A stretch of DNA of 32,909 bases from a virus, in IMG/VR virus record IMGVR_UViG_3300035104_000006, positions 81,576 to 114,484 of that record, one strand, 5' to 3'. The position numbers and the translations under genes were made by a program. Under the pieces are notes generated by a model. The model had not been told where the DNA came from. It saw nothing but the letters and a program-made list of their open reading frames with translations, and ran no database searches. This document shows positions 17,892 to 27,435 of this stretch, piece by piece (the first letter of the stretch is position 1; every line of letters starts with the position of its first letter).

Positions 17892-20678
17892 CTATGCCTT
17901 TCCTAATGATTTGTAGAGTAGACCACCGTTGTGGTAATCTTCAAGAACAACGTCGATTATCATTTTCTTTCCGTCAAACTTAGGTTGTTTTTGGTCAGCC
18001 TTAACTTGACTTGAACTATTATTCACTATATTCATAGTAACATTCACGGATGGTTGAGTAAAGCTATCTTTGTTTGATAGTATTCGTTCTGGCCCTTTCT
18101 CTGCGAAAGAATAGGACTGACCAGAGGATAAACCTACCCCGACTACTGGTTCTGATATAACACCACCTGAGAAGAATGAATTTGCAATATCTCCTGTACC
18201 AGCCATAATTGCACTCGACCCAGATATAGCATTACTAGCTCCACCACTAAACAAGGAAAGCGCACCTTTACCAAGTATGGATAACCAAGAGCCAGAAGTG
18301 TCCTGGTCTTGAGTTTTTACAATATTCATCAAAAACTCATTGAAGTATGCTTCAGTCATTTTTGCCATTAAGGATCGGAACGTATCAAGCACAGTCTTAG
18401 CCATTTCATCGAACAAATCACCTACTGTTCTTATATTACCTTCCCACAAGTCGTCCCAAATACTGCTCATATTATCGGCAAGTGCTTTAGTATCATCTGC
18501 CATTACCTTATAAGCATCACGACCGTCTTTTATTATTTTTTCATAATATCCTTGCCAAGACTCTTCACCGAGATTTTCTTGTACAGGAAAAATATCACCA
18601 ACATTTTCAGAGAATACAGGAGGATCAATTGTAATATCTGTCCAGGGTGATTTGAATGGTGTGGAAAACTTTTTCTCTAAATCATCAATAATATCTCCAG
18701 CAACCATTAACATTGTTCTTAATTGTTCGTCTATAAAACCAGAGAAACCAAAACCTTCTTTTTTATTAACTTCTTCAATTTTATTTTTTATAATATCTAT
18801 ATTTTTACTAGCAGTATCGGCAAGTTTTTCAAATCTAGCTTTTTCTGCACCTTCTGCTTCTTTAGCTTTACTAGACCACTTTTCTTGCTCTTCATTATAT
18901 AATTTAAGCTGCTCACCTAGCCTTGATAATGCTGCTTCAGAATTATTAAATTTTTTATCTAATAAATACCATCCAGCAAGAAAAGCACTTATAGCTAATG
19001 TACCACCAAGGATTTTCTTACTTAGATCGAGAAATTTTGAGGCTATATTTCCAATTACTGTTCCTGCTTGTAATTTGGCAAAATCAAGCATGTAAAAATA
19101 AAACTGTCCCATACTAACTGCTACATTAGTAACAGGACTTACTGCAAACTTAAAAAGTCCGAAAATATTACTGAAGAGAATCTTAGCACCTTTAAGGTAT
19201 GCGAAGTATTTAACAGTAGTTAGAATAATATCTTTATAAGGTGCGAGTGCTTCTTTAGCCTGTCTGAAAGAATCAACTGCAACTGCGCCAAAATTTCTAA
19301 CAGCTTTTATTAAATCATTAGTTCTAACCCAAGCTGTATAGAAAATTTCATATACAGTTCTAAATTCATCTGAATTTATATCACTAAGTGCTTTATAAAT
19401 TCTCTGAAGACCACCAACCCACTTATCCCACAATCCTGTGGTTTTAAGAGCCTTCATACTAATGGTAGAGAGCCGTTCAATAATCATACTGAATTGCTTA
19501 CCTATTCTGGCATTTGCAAATTCTATAGCAGTAGCATAATCCTTACCAAACTCTTCAAGAACCTTATTCCATTTTTCTTGAGAAGATAATGTTAATTTAT
19601 CAATTCCGTATATCGCATCACGGAGCTCAGGTATTTTATCGAGGTATCGTCCAAACTGATCAGTAACTCGCTTCTGTCCATTAAAGATAGACTGAATTTC
19701 TTGTCTGATCTGCTTCGCACTAGAATCAGTCGTACTTGCAATTTGCTCTATGGCAGTAAGAGTGGCAAGGAATGGTCTTACTTGTGTCTCTTCAAGCACT
19801 ACACCAAACTGTGCAAGCTCCTTTACACCATTACCTATTGACTCTGTAGAAAGTCCAAATTCTGGTGCAAGCCAAGTTACTCGCTCCATAGTTCCGGCAA
19901 GTGCTTTTATGTTCTGATTAAACGCATCTGCAAAACTTCCTGAATCACGAAGAGTAGCAAGCATACCAGAAACTTCACCAAGTGCCTGTCTATAATCATC
20001 TAGTTTAGAAACACCGCTAGAAAAAACATTAGTAAGTTCAGTAATAGCTATTTGTATAGTATTTATAGCTCGATACACAATGGCAAAACCGACACCTACT
20101 TTTATGAATCGCTCATACCAACTATCAGAGGCTCTAGTATTTTTATCAATAGACCGAGTAAGCAATGAAACTTGCTTAGTGTAATCTGAAGTTTTCTTTA
20201 TACTTTTATTTCTTTGCGCGTCTATCTTTTTGTTCATTTCAAGAGCTTGACCATGAAGCTTATTAAGCCTCTCTTGATCCCTAGCTACTTGTGTAGCAAT
20301 AGAAGAATCATATCGTTTATTCATCTCCAATGCTTGTCCGTGTAATTTATTTATAGATTCAGACGGGGAAACAGAGCTTGTTGCTTTATTAACAGTATCT
20401 CTAGCAGAATCTTGATATGTTTTTTGAATTCTTGTGAGTGTTTTATACGCACCAGAGAGGTCATTAACTCCTTTCAACATACCTTTAATGGTAGAATCAG
20501 ACTCCTTAAACCACTTAATAGCCTGTTTCTCCATATCGGCTTGTTCAGCACGAGATCTCTTACTTCTCTTTATAGAATCATCGAAATTATTAAGACTAGT
20601 AATAGCCTTATCGAGAATCTTTACCGACCGATCCCCTCCAAGAACATCTACGCCAAAACTTACTTTACCTGCATTCAT
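17892..20678 (-). CDS. tail tape measure protein
   Basis: 928 aa, helical and Ala/Lys-rich with hydrophobic segments; C-terminal GGVI.EP...AEKGPE; position after the chaperones. Confidence 0.88.
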   Translation of the reverse strand: MNAGKVSFGVDVLGGDRSVKILDKAITSLNNFDDSIKRSKRSRAEQADMEKQAIKWFKESDSTIKGMLKGVNDLSGAYKTLTRIQKTYQDSARDTVNKATSSVSPSESINKLHGQALEMNKRYDSSIATQVARDQERLNKLHGQALEMNKKIDAQRNKSIKKTSDYTKQVSLLTRSIDKNTRASDSWYERFIKVGVGFAIVYRAINTIQIAITELTNVFSSGVSKLDDYRQALGEVSGMLATLRDSGSFADAFNQNIKALAGTMERVTWLAPEFGLSTESIGNGVKELAQFGVVLEETQVRPFLATLTAIEQIASTTDSSAKQIRQEIQSIFNGQKRVTDQFGRYLDKIPELRDAIYGIDKLTLSSQEKWNKVLEEFGKDYATAIEFANARIGKQFSMIIERLSTISMKALKTTGLWDKWVGGLQRIYKALSDINSDEFRTVYEIFYTAWVRTNDLIKAVRNFGAVAVDSFRQAKEALAPYKDIILTTVKYFAYLKGAKILFSNIFGLFKFAVSPVTNVAVSMGQFYFYMLDFAKLQAGTVIGNIASKFLDLSKKILGGTLAISAFLAGWYLLDKKFNNSEAALSRLGEQLKLYNEEQEKWSSKAKEAEGAEKARFEKLADTASKNIDIIKNKIEEVNKKEGFGFSGFIDEQLRTMLMVAGDIIDDLEKKFSTPFKSPWTDITIDPPVFSENVGDIFPVQENLGEESWQGYYEKIIKDGRDAYKVMADDTKALADNMSSIWDDLWEGNIRTVGDLFDEMAKTVLDTFRSLMAKMTEAYFNEFLMNIVKTQDQDTSGSWLSILGKGALSLFSGGASNAISGSSAIMAGTGDIANSFFSGGVISEPVVGVGLSSGQSYSFAEKGPERILSNKDSFTQPSVNVTMNIVNNSSSQVKADQKQPKFDGKKMIIDVVLEDYHNGGLLYKSLGKA

Positions 20679-20686
20679 TATTATTA

Positions 20687-20953
20687 TTATCTCCTTCCTC
20701 TATTTCTAAGCTCTGCCCAACCGGAATTGTCTGTTTCCACTATTTTTCTATACGGATTCATATAACTGTCAAGTTGCTTGTTAAGTCGTTTTTGATCCTT
20801 CTTATCCATGTGAACCGTATTCACCTGTTGAGCAATAAAAAAGCTCTTAGACGTCCTCTGCCTAAGAGCTTCATTATAAAGAATTTCCAGCTTAGTTCGA
20901 GTATAAGAAGCCAGGCTTTCAAAGGTGTAACTGGGAAATTCACTTACAATCAC
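20687..20953 (-). CDS. tail assembly chaperone T-like ORF (probably expressed as a frameshift extension)
   Basis: Lies between the G-like gene and the TMP; its frame is open back into the 3' end of the upstream gene. Confidence 0.6.
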   Translation of the reverse strand: MIVSEFPSYTFESLASYTRTKLEILYNEALRQRTSKSFFIAQQVNTVHMDKKDQKRLNKQLDSYMNPYRKIVETDNSGWAELRNRGRR

Positions 20954-20994
20954 ACCGATAACCCATAGCCTCCTATCATCTTCTGGAAGAACGT

Positions 20995-21264
20995 CTACCC
21001 GAACAAACGTTCTGTTAAGAAATCCATTACGCCCCTAAGCTCGATAAGACCGATTCCTGTTAGCGACTCCACGTCAGCATCAAGCAGATTCGCTACAGTT
21101 GCCCGAATTTCTTTAGTAGTTGGCTCTTCCACTTTTCCTAGTTCAGCAAGTTTATCCATTTGAGCATCGTTAATTTCTTGAACCTTAGTTTTAAAACCGT
21201 TACTCAGTTCAATATCAACAGCCTTGCTTGAGAGAAATTCTTTTCCGTTAAATACGTTAGCCAT
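20995..21264 (-). CDS. tail assembly chaperone G-like
   Basis: 89 aa, immediately after the major tail gene, GAGG RBS. Confidence 0.7.
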   Translation of the reverse strand: MANVFNGKEFLSSKAVDIELSNGFKTKVQEINDAQMDKLAELGKVEEPTTKEIRATVANLLDADVESLTGIGLIELRGVMDFLTERLFG

Positions 21265-21283
21265 GATTACCTCTTTTAGTTAA

Positions 21284-21829
21284 TTATGCAGTTTGAGTTT
21301 CGTCGCCGAACCAGTAGGATACTACTTTATCACTTACAGTAGCACCACCCCAATTTGCGCTTACTGTTGTCGGGAAGCATTTGAATGTTGCAGTTGCCAC
21401 ACGCTGATTACTTGAATCGTAAGACAATTCAATATTAGGAACCGGTGCTGCAAGAGGAAAATGAATAGTATCTGCTGCGTCTGTGGATGGAGAGCCATCA
21501 ACATATTTAATAACAAGCAAACTTTTCCCGTTAGCTTTTAGGCTAGTTCCAGTGTTATTCTCTCCTGCAAATCCAACCTTTGTTCCAAAAGTATCCTGGA
21601 AAAGAATCTTAGAAAGTAGTGAATAACTAACTTCTGCAAACGGACATTCTACTTCTACAGTAGTTCCAGTTAGAATAGTGTCTTCAGGTGCATCACCGAA
21701 CTGATCAGAGTTAAGATCAACTGAAGAATCGGAAATACGTACAGTTACTCCACCGAGAGTTTTACCAAGATCTTCTTCCGATCCTGAATCTCCCCATTTA
21801 ATTTGTGCCGGGCCAAGTTCAAGTGCCAT
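21284..21829 (-). CDS. major tail (tube) protein
   Basis: LELGPA.I.WG...DLG.T.GGV.V, DQFG..P.D, ELSY...QR...TF; synteny. Confidence 0.85.
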   Translation of the reverse strand: MALELGPAQIKWGDSGSEEDLGKTLGGVTVRISDSSVDLNSDQFGDAPEDTILTGTTVEVECPFAEVSYSLLSKILFQDTFGTKVGFAGENNTGTSLKANGKSLLVIKYVDGSPSTDAADTIHFPLAAPVPNIELSYDSSNQRVATATFKCFPTTVSANWGGATVSDKVVSYWFGDETQTA

Positions 21830-21834
21830 GATAT

Positions 21835-22212
21835 TTAATCTCCTTCATAATAAGTTGCGAATGAGCATGTGAATATAAATAAATCATGCTCTGTTGTTGT
21901 AACAAACCCTGGGTATTTCATTGGAGTTGTATTGAACAAATATTTACCATTACCTAGAGTCAAGCCTTTATTGTAAACTAGCATATCCCATACAGAATGT
22001 ATAGTATCATTTGCAGTGTCGTAATCTACTTCTTGAACAGTTATTTGTATTTGCGAAGTGTGCAGACTACTTTCATTTTCATCACCACCGAATTCGTACA
22101 TAAGTATGCCGATTTCGTTACCTACAGGAAAGACTCCCTGGAATAAGTAATCGCCGACAACCCAGGAAGAATTGTTTTCCAGGTGTAGTAAAATTTCCCT
22201 GACAATATTCAT
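21835..22212 (-). CDS. tail terminator / tail completion protein
   Basis: 125 aa before the tail tube gene; QI.V...DY..A, F...F pattern. Confidence 0.6.
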   Translation of the reverse strand: MNIVREILLHLENNSSWVVGDYLFQGVFPVGNEIGILMYEFGGDENESSLHTSQIQITVQEVDYDTANDTIHSVWDMLVYNKGLTLGNGKYLFNTTPMKYPGFVTTTEHDLFIFTCSFATYYEGD

Positions 22213-22799
22213 TATGCCTTCCTTCTTCTGGTTACGGTGGTGTCAAAAAGTTGTTTAATCCTAGTCTGAGTCTTACCTCTAAATGCAGTTGCCTTTGAAG
22301 AGACGTAATGAGCACCGGACTGACCAGTAGGGTCACTAAACCCACCCTTCCATTCGTGCATTAATGCTGCTACAGGATTACTATAGACAACTGACACATT
22401 CCCTCTAAGACTTGTACCTTTCATAGTACCAGAAACTCGTCTTGTCGATGTTACTTGTCTTGAACGAAGAGAAGATGTTGGGTTTCTTTGTACAGAAATT
22501 CCAGTGTTTTTCACGCCGCCATCTCCAGCAAATAAGTCATCATTCACAGGATAAAGCAACGCTTCTATGTTCGGATATTTATCACCAAGCTCTTCTGTGG
22601 TGATTACAAGTTCATTACCGACATAGGCTGCACCGGAACGGCGAAGAGCACCTGTACGAATAGGTGGTCTAGGATAATCTTCAATAGTCGATCTGAGAAA
22701 TTCCTCAGCAATTATATATGGCGTAGTTTCAATAACACCCTTCATTTGCTCAAGAGCGTTAATTATGCCAATTACTGATTCAGACCTATTTCTAGCCAT
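22212..22799 (-). CDS. neck / tail completion protein (HK97 gp10-like)
   Basis: P.RTGALRRS, Y..P.A..MHE, GAHY motifs. Confidence 0.65.
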   Translation of the reverse strand: MARNRSESVIGIINALEQMKGVIETTPYIIAEEFLRSTIEDYPRPPIRTGALRRSGAAYVGNELVITTEELGDKYPNIEALLYPVNDDLFAGDGGVKNTGISVQRNPTSSLRSRQVTSTRRVSGTMKGTSLRGNVSVVYSNPVAALMHEWKGGFSDPTGQSGAHYVSSKATAFRGKTQTRIKQLFDTTVTRRRKA

Positions 22800-23091
22800 A
22801 GACTAGCTCCCAATGATGAAACTCACCAAGATGCTTAGCACGATACCTTTTAGTAATAACGTACCAGTCACCATTAACTTGTATTTCCATACCCTCGATA
22901 AAATCAATATCGGAATTATTCGTAAATACCGTACCCTTACCGACTATATTCAGACTACCATCCTTCTGGTCATACCTAGTCTCTTCGTCACTCATGCCTG
23001 TGAATGAAAGTGGAGACTCAGTGTTTATTATTTTTCCAAACCTGTCAGTAGTAGTTTGTTTTATATAAAATGTCTCCACGTCCGGTATCAT
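22792..23091 (-). CDS. head closure (stopper) protein
   Basis: 99 aa, beta-rich, D.FG motif near the N-terminus; synteny. Confidence 0.55.
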   Translation of the reverse strand: MIPDVETFYIKQTTTDRFGKIINTESPLSFTGMSDEETRYDQKDGSLNIVGKGTVFTNNSDIDFIEGMEIQVNGDWYVITKRYRAKHLGEFHHWELVYG

Positions 23092-23093
23092 TA

Positions 23094-23414
23094 TTATATT
23101 CCATCCTCACTAAATCTAGGATCAGGATAATCGAATCCATCATCAATAACCGATCCTGCCTGAGTAATCCCTTTGTTTGTATAAAAATTTATTTCATTCT
23201 GAAGATTAGAAAGGTCTCGCCATTCTTCGTACTTACCGATAGTAAGGCGGGTCACTCCGGCATATTTACGCTTTACCATTCTAAGCACTTCAGCACAAAC
23301 CAAGTTAATATTATCATCAGAAATCTTATCAATAGCGTATTGAACAGCTTCGTCAGACAGTATTGCTGAAGATATTTGTGTTTCAAGTCTTACATTACCT
23401 ATTGTAACTGCCAT
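23094..23414 (-). CDS. head-tail adaptor protein
   Basis: VRL......LSDE...Y pattern; first gene after the MCP. Confidence 0.6.
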   Translation of the reverse strand: MAVTIGNVRLETQISSAILSDEAVQYAIDKISDDNINLVCAEVLRMVKRKYAGVTRLTIGKYEEWRDLSNLQNEINFYTNKGITQAGSVIDDGFDYPDPRFSEDGI

Positions 23415-23444
23415 GATATTTCACCGCCTTATTATTATTAAATT

Positions 23445-23470
23445 GGGAGGCTCGAATTAACGAACCTCCC
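23445..23470 (-). terminator. stem-loop after the major capsid gene (weak terminator or stability hairpin)
   Basis: Minus strand GGGAGGTTCG-TTAATT-CGAGCCTCCC, a 10-bp stem with one G:U pair, followed by AT-rich sequence without a clean U-run. Confidence 0.65.
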
Positions 23471-23480
23471 GTTATTCATT

Positions 23481-24410
23481 CTAGGTAAGCGGAGCTGCTA
23501 CAAAAGTACCCATATCGGAAGCTACTTGCTTCATGTCATGATAATGATGAACTTCTACACGCTGTGCCATTTCACGATCGAGATCAAACTGGCGAACTCC
23601 GTAGCCGTTCTGACCATAACCGTTCCAAGAGAAGTTGTAGCCAGCAGAAGGCTCTTCAAGTGACGGTGAAGACGGAGTGTACAGAAGCAAAAAGCTATCT
23701 CCTGCGATGTATTTCTGGTCGGCAGTAGCACCGTATGCAGCTGCATCATACACAGCGTTCATAACAATAATCTCATCAACTTCCAGAGCCTCGGCTACGA
23801 GCTGCTGATTCAGATTACCACCACGAGTGTACTTAATCTGCTCTTTCAACTGATCGTGTCGTTTCAGAACATCATATACCTTCTCACTCATAACTGCTTT
23901 ATTTGCAGTGAAACCACCTGTAGCAACACGCATTGCTCGCTTCCAAGTATCTACATCCTCAAGTGGTACTGAAGTAGCTGCATCCCATTTAGTGATGGGA
24001 TTAGAAGCATCAGTCCACACACCAGTAGTCATAAACCGTGTTGCGAAATCTACTTCGTCATAAATAGCAATTTTACCAGTTACACGACGAGTTGCAGATT
24101 TGAGAGGATTAAGAGGATTCGGATCATTCTCAATCTGCTCATTAGCAACATCTTCGTGATAGGAAATATCGATACAAGAATAGCTATCGAAGCTACGTGC
24201 ATGTGTTCCGCCTTCAGACTCAGTACCGGGCTTACGAACAGCAGCTTCATTCTTCAGCCAGTAAGACTTGTCATAAGTCGGATACTGACTAGACTGAAGA
24301 TTTACAGGACAAATCGGGAAAATCTTACCTGCCTTAAAGTTATTAGGGTCTTGAATATACTTAACACCGACATTAGTCAGCGTTTCTGAATATGATTCTT
24401 GAAGTGCCAT
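23481..24410 (-). CDS. major capsid protein
   Basis: 309 aa after protease and decoration genes; LTN....Y, IFP..PV, R.PGT, W......P..D, PSAGY.F; strong AAGGAG RBS. Confidence 0.88.
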   Translation of the reverse strand: MALQESYSETLTNVGVKYIQDPNNFKAGKIFPICPVNLQSSQYPTYDKSYWLKNEAAVRKPGTESEGGTHARSFDSYSCIDISYHEDVANEQIENDPNPLNPLKSATRRVTGKIAIYDEVDFATRFMTTGVWTDASNPITKWDAATSVPLEDVDTWKRAMRVATGGFTANKAVMSEKVYDVLKRHDQLKEQIKYTRGGNLNQQLVAEALEVDEIIVMNAVYDAAAYGATADQKYIAGDSFLLLYTPSSPSLEEPSAGYNFSWNGYGQNGYGVRQFDLDREMAQRVEVHHYHDMKQVASDMGTFVAAPLT

Positions 24411-24437
24411 AGTTGTTTCTCCTTATTTTAAATATAA

Positions 24438-24785
24438 TTACTTAATCACCATCCGGCGAAGCTCGCCAGAATCGCCACCTTCGAGCATAATTCCACATAC
24501 AAGATGGTCTGTACCATTAACAGCATCAGTGTCTTCAGTATGTGCAATAGCATCACCTGAAGCATCTGCAATCACAAGATCACCTGCTGACAGTGATGCT
24601 CCGAGTTTTACAAGACCAGTTCCAGCAGTTTGTACCTGACCTGTAGTCTCCCCATCAGCATCATCATACACAATACCTATAGCACGATTAGTGGCTGAAA
24701 ATGCACCAGCACCGTCTACCAGATTTCCACGTACCGCAGTTGACGGTACAGTCATTGTAATAAGAGTTTTACCTTGATCTGCCAT
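24438..24785 (-). CDS. capsid decoration / cement protein
   Basis: 115 aa, Gly/Ala-rich, AIGI, V...G...V..G..L.AGD.V..DA.G.A; located between scaffold and MCP. Confidence 0.7.
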   Translation of the reverse strand: MADQGKTLITMTVPSTAVRGNLVDGAGAFSATNRAIGIVYDDADGETTGQVQTAGTGLVKLGASLSAGDLVIADASGDAIAHTEDTDAVNGTDHLVCGIMLEGGDSGELRRMVIK

Positions 24786-24800
24786 AATTCTTTCTCCTTA

Positions 24801-26102
24801 TTATTTCTTGAAAAGTTCAGGGAATTCTGCAACTACTTTATCAGTTGCTTCGTCGATATCACATTTGTCACGAGACATGATGAATTTAGTTGCATCATCT
24901 ACAGAGTTAATTTCCGGCTCATCTACATGCTCAGTGCTCGCACCTTCAGTGGGAGTGGTATATTCAGCAAGCGCACTGTCAACCTGTTCTTGTTTTGCAA
25001 CAAGAATTTCGGCTACTTTACTTGCTACACCCTCATCTATTTCACACATTGCTGAAATGAAACTATCATCAACCTTAGCTGCTGAAAACATTTCTTTCAC
25101 TTTCTCTTCATGCTTCTCAGCTGCGATTTTTGCTTCCAATTCTTCTTTCTCAGCCTTAGCCAATTCTGCTGATTCAACAAGAGCGCTGATTTTAGAATTA
25201 GCTTCCTCAAGTTGTGCTTTCATTGCTTCAAGTTCTTGTGCATAATTTTCATCCGCCATTTGCTTCTCCTTTTTGTAATTTCCGAGTTTACTAGCATAGG
25301 CTATTGCATCATTTATATTACCTACACTGTCGATTAGTTTAAGTTCTCTCGCTTCCTCTGCGAGAAATGTCTCTGCTGTTGCCAATTTATCAAGAACGTA
25401 CTGTACGTCAAGATTGCGATTGTTGGCTATATCGTTTACAAACATGGTGTATAACTTATCAACTTTGCTTTGTATATATTCCTTTGATTCGTCAGTGAGT
25501 GGTTCTGATGAGTTACCGAAGGCTTTATACTTACCAGCGTAGATATAAGTTGTTTTAAGACCGGCTTCTTCTTCAGCTTTAGACCAGTCTTGATGTTGGA
25601 CTATAACTCCAATGCTACCGATATTAGCTGTGTCGTAGCCGACAATGTAATCTGCTGCACTGCCTATCCACATTGCAGCACTTGCCATTAGTCCGTTTGC
25701 ATATGCTACGACCGGTTTATCTGCCGATTTAATAAAATCTGCAAGTTCCTTTGTTCCGTCAACTGTTCCACCTGGACTGTCTATGTCTAGTACAATACCA
25801 GAAATGTCAGGATTGTCCAGTGTAGTTTGTATGTCATTCTGAATATCAATAGTTGTTCTAGCACCTGATATTGCTTCAAGTCCATATGCTCGTTTTTTAA
25901 TAGTGCCGACTATTGGAATTACTGCAATGTCCGAAATTACTTGAAGAGAATCAGACTCTGCTTCACTACCTTTGTCATTCGCTATTGCAACATTCTTTCC
26001 TGAAATATGGTCTGCTACAACTTGCTTTAGAGTTTCAAGTCTAGCAGGTTCCATAGCCCAAGGAGTTGAATCAAGAAATTTAGTTATCGCTCTGTCTTTC
26101 AT
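24801..26102 (-). CDS. S49-family prohead protease with C-terminal scaffolding domain
   Basis: LDIDSPGG.V.G, MASAA.WIGS, GSIGV, AGKYK. Acidic coiled-coil C-terminus; start at ATG 26102 after AAGGAG. Confidence 0.9.
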   Translation of the reverse strand: MKDRAITKFLDSTPWAMEPARLETLKQVVADHISGKNVAIANDKGSEAESDSLQVISDIAVIPIVGTIKKRAYGLEAISGARTTIDIQNDIQTTLDNPDISGIVLDIDSPGGTVDGTKELADFIKSADKPVVAYANGLMASAAMWIGSAADYIVGYDTANIGSIGVIVQHQDWSKAEEEAGLKTTYIYAGKYKAFGNSSEPLTDESKEYIQSKVDKLYTMFVNDIANNRNLDVQYVLDKLATAETFLAEEARELKLIDSVGNINDAIAYASKLGNYKKEKQMADENYAQELEAMKAQLEEANSKISALVESAELAKAEKEELEAKIAAEKHEEKVKEMFSAAKVDDSFISAMCEIDEGVASKVAEILVAKQEQVDSALAEYTTPTEGASTEHVDEPEINSVDDATKFIMSRDKCDIDEATDKVVAEFPELFKK

Positions 26103-27420
26103 TCTCTTTCTCCTTATCATTTGTAGTTACTATGTCATCTTCGTCTATTATATTATCTTTCGATGATGGATTGTTGTCGTTACTTCTTGCAGTTTCCGGC
26201 TCTCTGGGTGGGAGGGCGATTTTGTTTCTAATAAACTCTTCTAGTCTGTCATCAGGAGTTATCAAGTTAAACTTAAGCACTCGTGCCAAGAATGCACCAA
26301 GGTCTTCAGTGTCGATCTGTTCAATACCTACAGGAATAAGTTTCGGCTGTTTCTCTAATCTATTAAATTTCTGCAAACACTTCGTACCAATAAATTGAGT
26401 GTTTACTACTTCAGCCAACATGTCTGCGAAACCTTGAACGGCTATATAAAACAATGCGGACTGTTCCTTCGCTAGTGCGAAAGAGCCAGACTCATTAGTA
26501 ACACCGAGTACTAGGAATTGGCTTAGCATACTTAGTGCAATATTGTTTCCATAACGATTTATTACGTCATTAAGATCGAACTGTCTTTGACCTGGTGAAC
26601 CGGCGAGATGGAACTCCCAACCTGACGGAAGAACCAGTCCTTCTTGAGAGTTACGCTTTATGTTTCGTACAGTAGTATATGCCCAAGTACCAATGGCGTT
26701 CAGATTTCCTTTTTCATCAGTTAATTCGATGTCTTCCGGTGCTTTCAGGACGGGAAGTCCCGTCAAGTCTCGCTCAACACCAATAGCTTCAATCTGTTCA
26801 ATATTCGATTTATAATACCAATCTCGATAGGCATTACGGAATAGTGATTTCCCTTCAGGATTATTACTTGTCGAAGTGGTCTTGAAGTGCAGGCATTTAT
26901 GAAGTGGAATATAAACCTGACCTGTAGGATCGTGCTTATTATAAGACTGCTGTCTTACATAAGTAAGATTACCCTCCCTGTCATATAACCACTCATCAAG
27001 AGTGGTTTGAGGGCGGTAATACATTTTATTCCACACTACATCACCGTCTTCATCCTCCTTTAGAGTAACTTCTATTACTGAATAACCGAAAATGAACTGA
27101 GTTAGTATATCTTCAAGTTGTGCTTTCCAATTTACATTCTCTAGCGACTTTTTCAGTATCCCTTTCTCATCGTTAATCGCCTTCCAATCCGCAGACTGGA
27201 AAATTTTAGTGAGAGAAAGAAGAATAGCACCGCAAATCGGATCACTAAGACTCATTTTATAAAACTCTCGTTTATATCTTCCACCTGATAAACGAGATTC
27301 TATTTCATTTTCAGATTCCTGATGGAATTTACCTTTTATTGAGACAAGCCCGGCAGGTGACTTAGGCTCAGAAGCCCTATTACCTTCAGGTACACTTTCT
27401 TTTCTACTAAATATCGCCAT
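26080..27420 (-). CDS. portal protein (DUF935 / Mu gp29-like)
   Basis: FGYSV.E, RPQ.TL..W, NPEG.SL.R.AY..WY.K, EAIG.ERDL.GLP, GSFALA. Confidence 0.88.
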   Translation of the reverse strand: MAIFSRKESVPEGNRASEPKSPAGLVSIKGKFHQESENEIESRLSGGRYKREFYKMSLSDPICGAILLSLTKIFQSADWKAINDEKGILKKSLENVNWKAQLEDILTQFIFGYSVIEVTLKEDEDGDVVWNKMYYRPQTTLDEWLYDREGNLTYVRQQSYNKHDPTGQVYIPLHKCLHFKTTSTSNNPEGKSLFRNAYRDWYYKSNIEQIEAIGVERDLTGLPVLKAPEDIELTDEKGNLNAIGTWAYTTVRNIKRNSQEGLVLPSGWEFHLAGSPGQRQFDLNDVINRYGNNIALSMLSQFLVLGVTNESGSFALAKEQSALFYIAVQGFADMLAEVVNTQFIGTKCLQKFNRLEKQPKLIPVGIEQIDTEDLGAFLARVLKFNLITPDDRLEEFIRNKIALPPREPETARSNDNNPSSKDNIIDEDDIVTTNDKEKENERQSDN

Positions 27421-27435
27421 ACTATTTTTCTCCTG

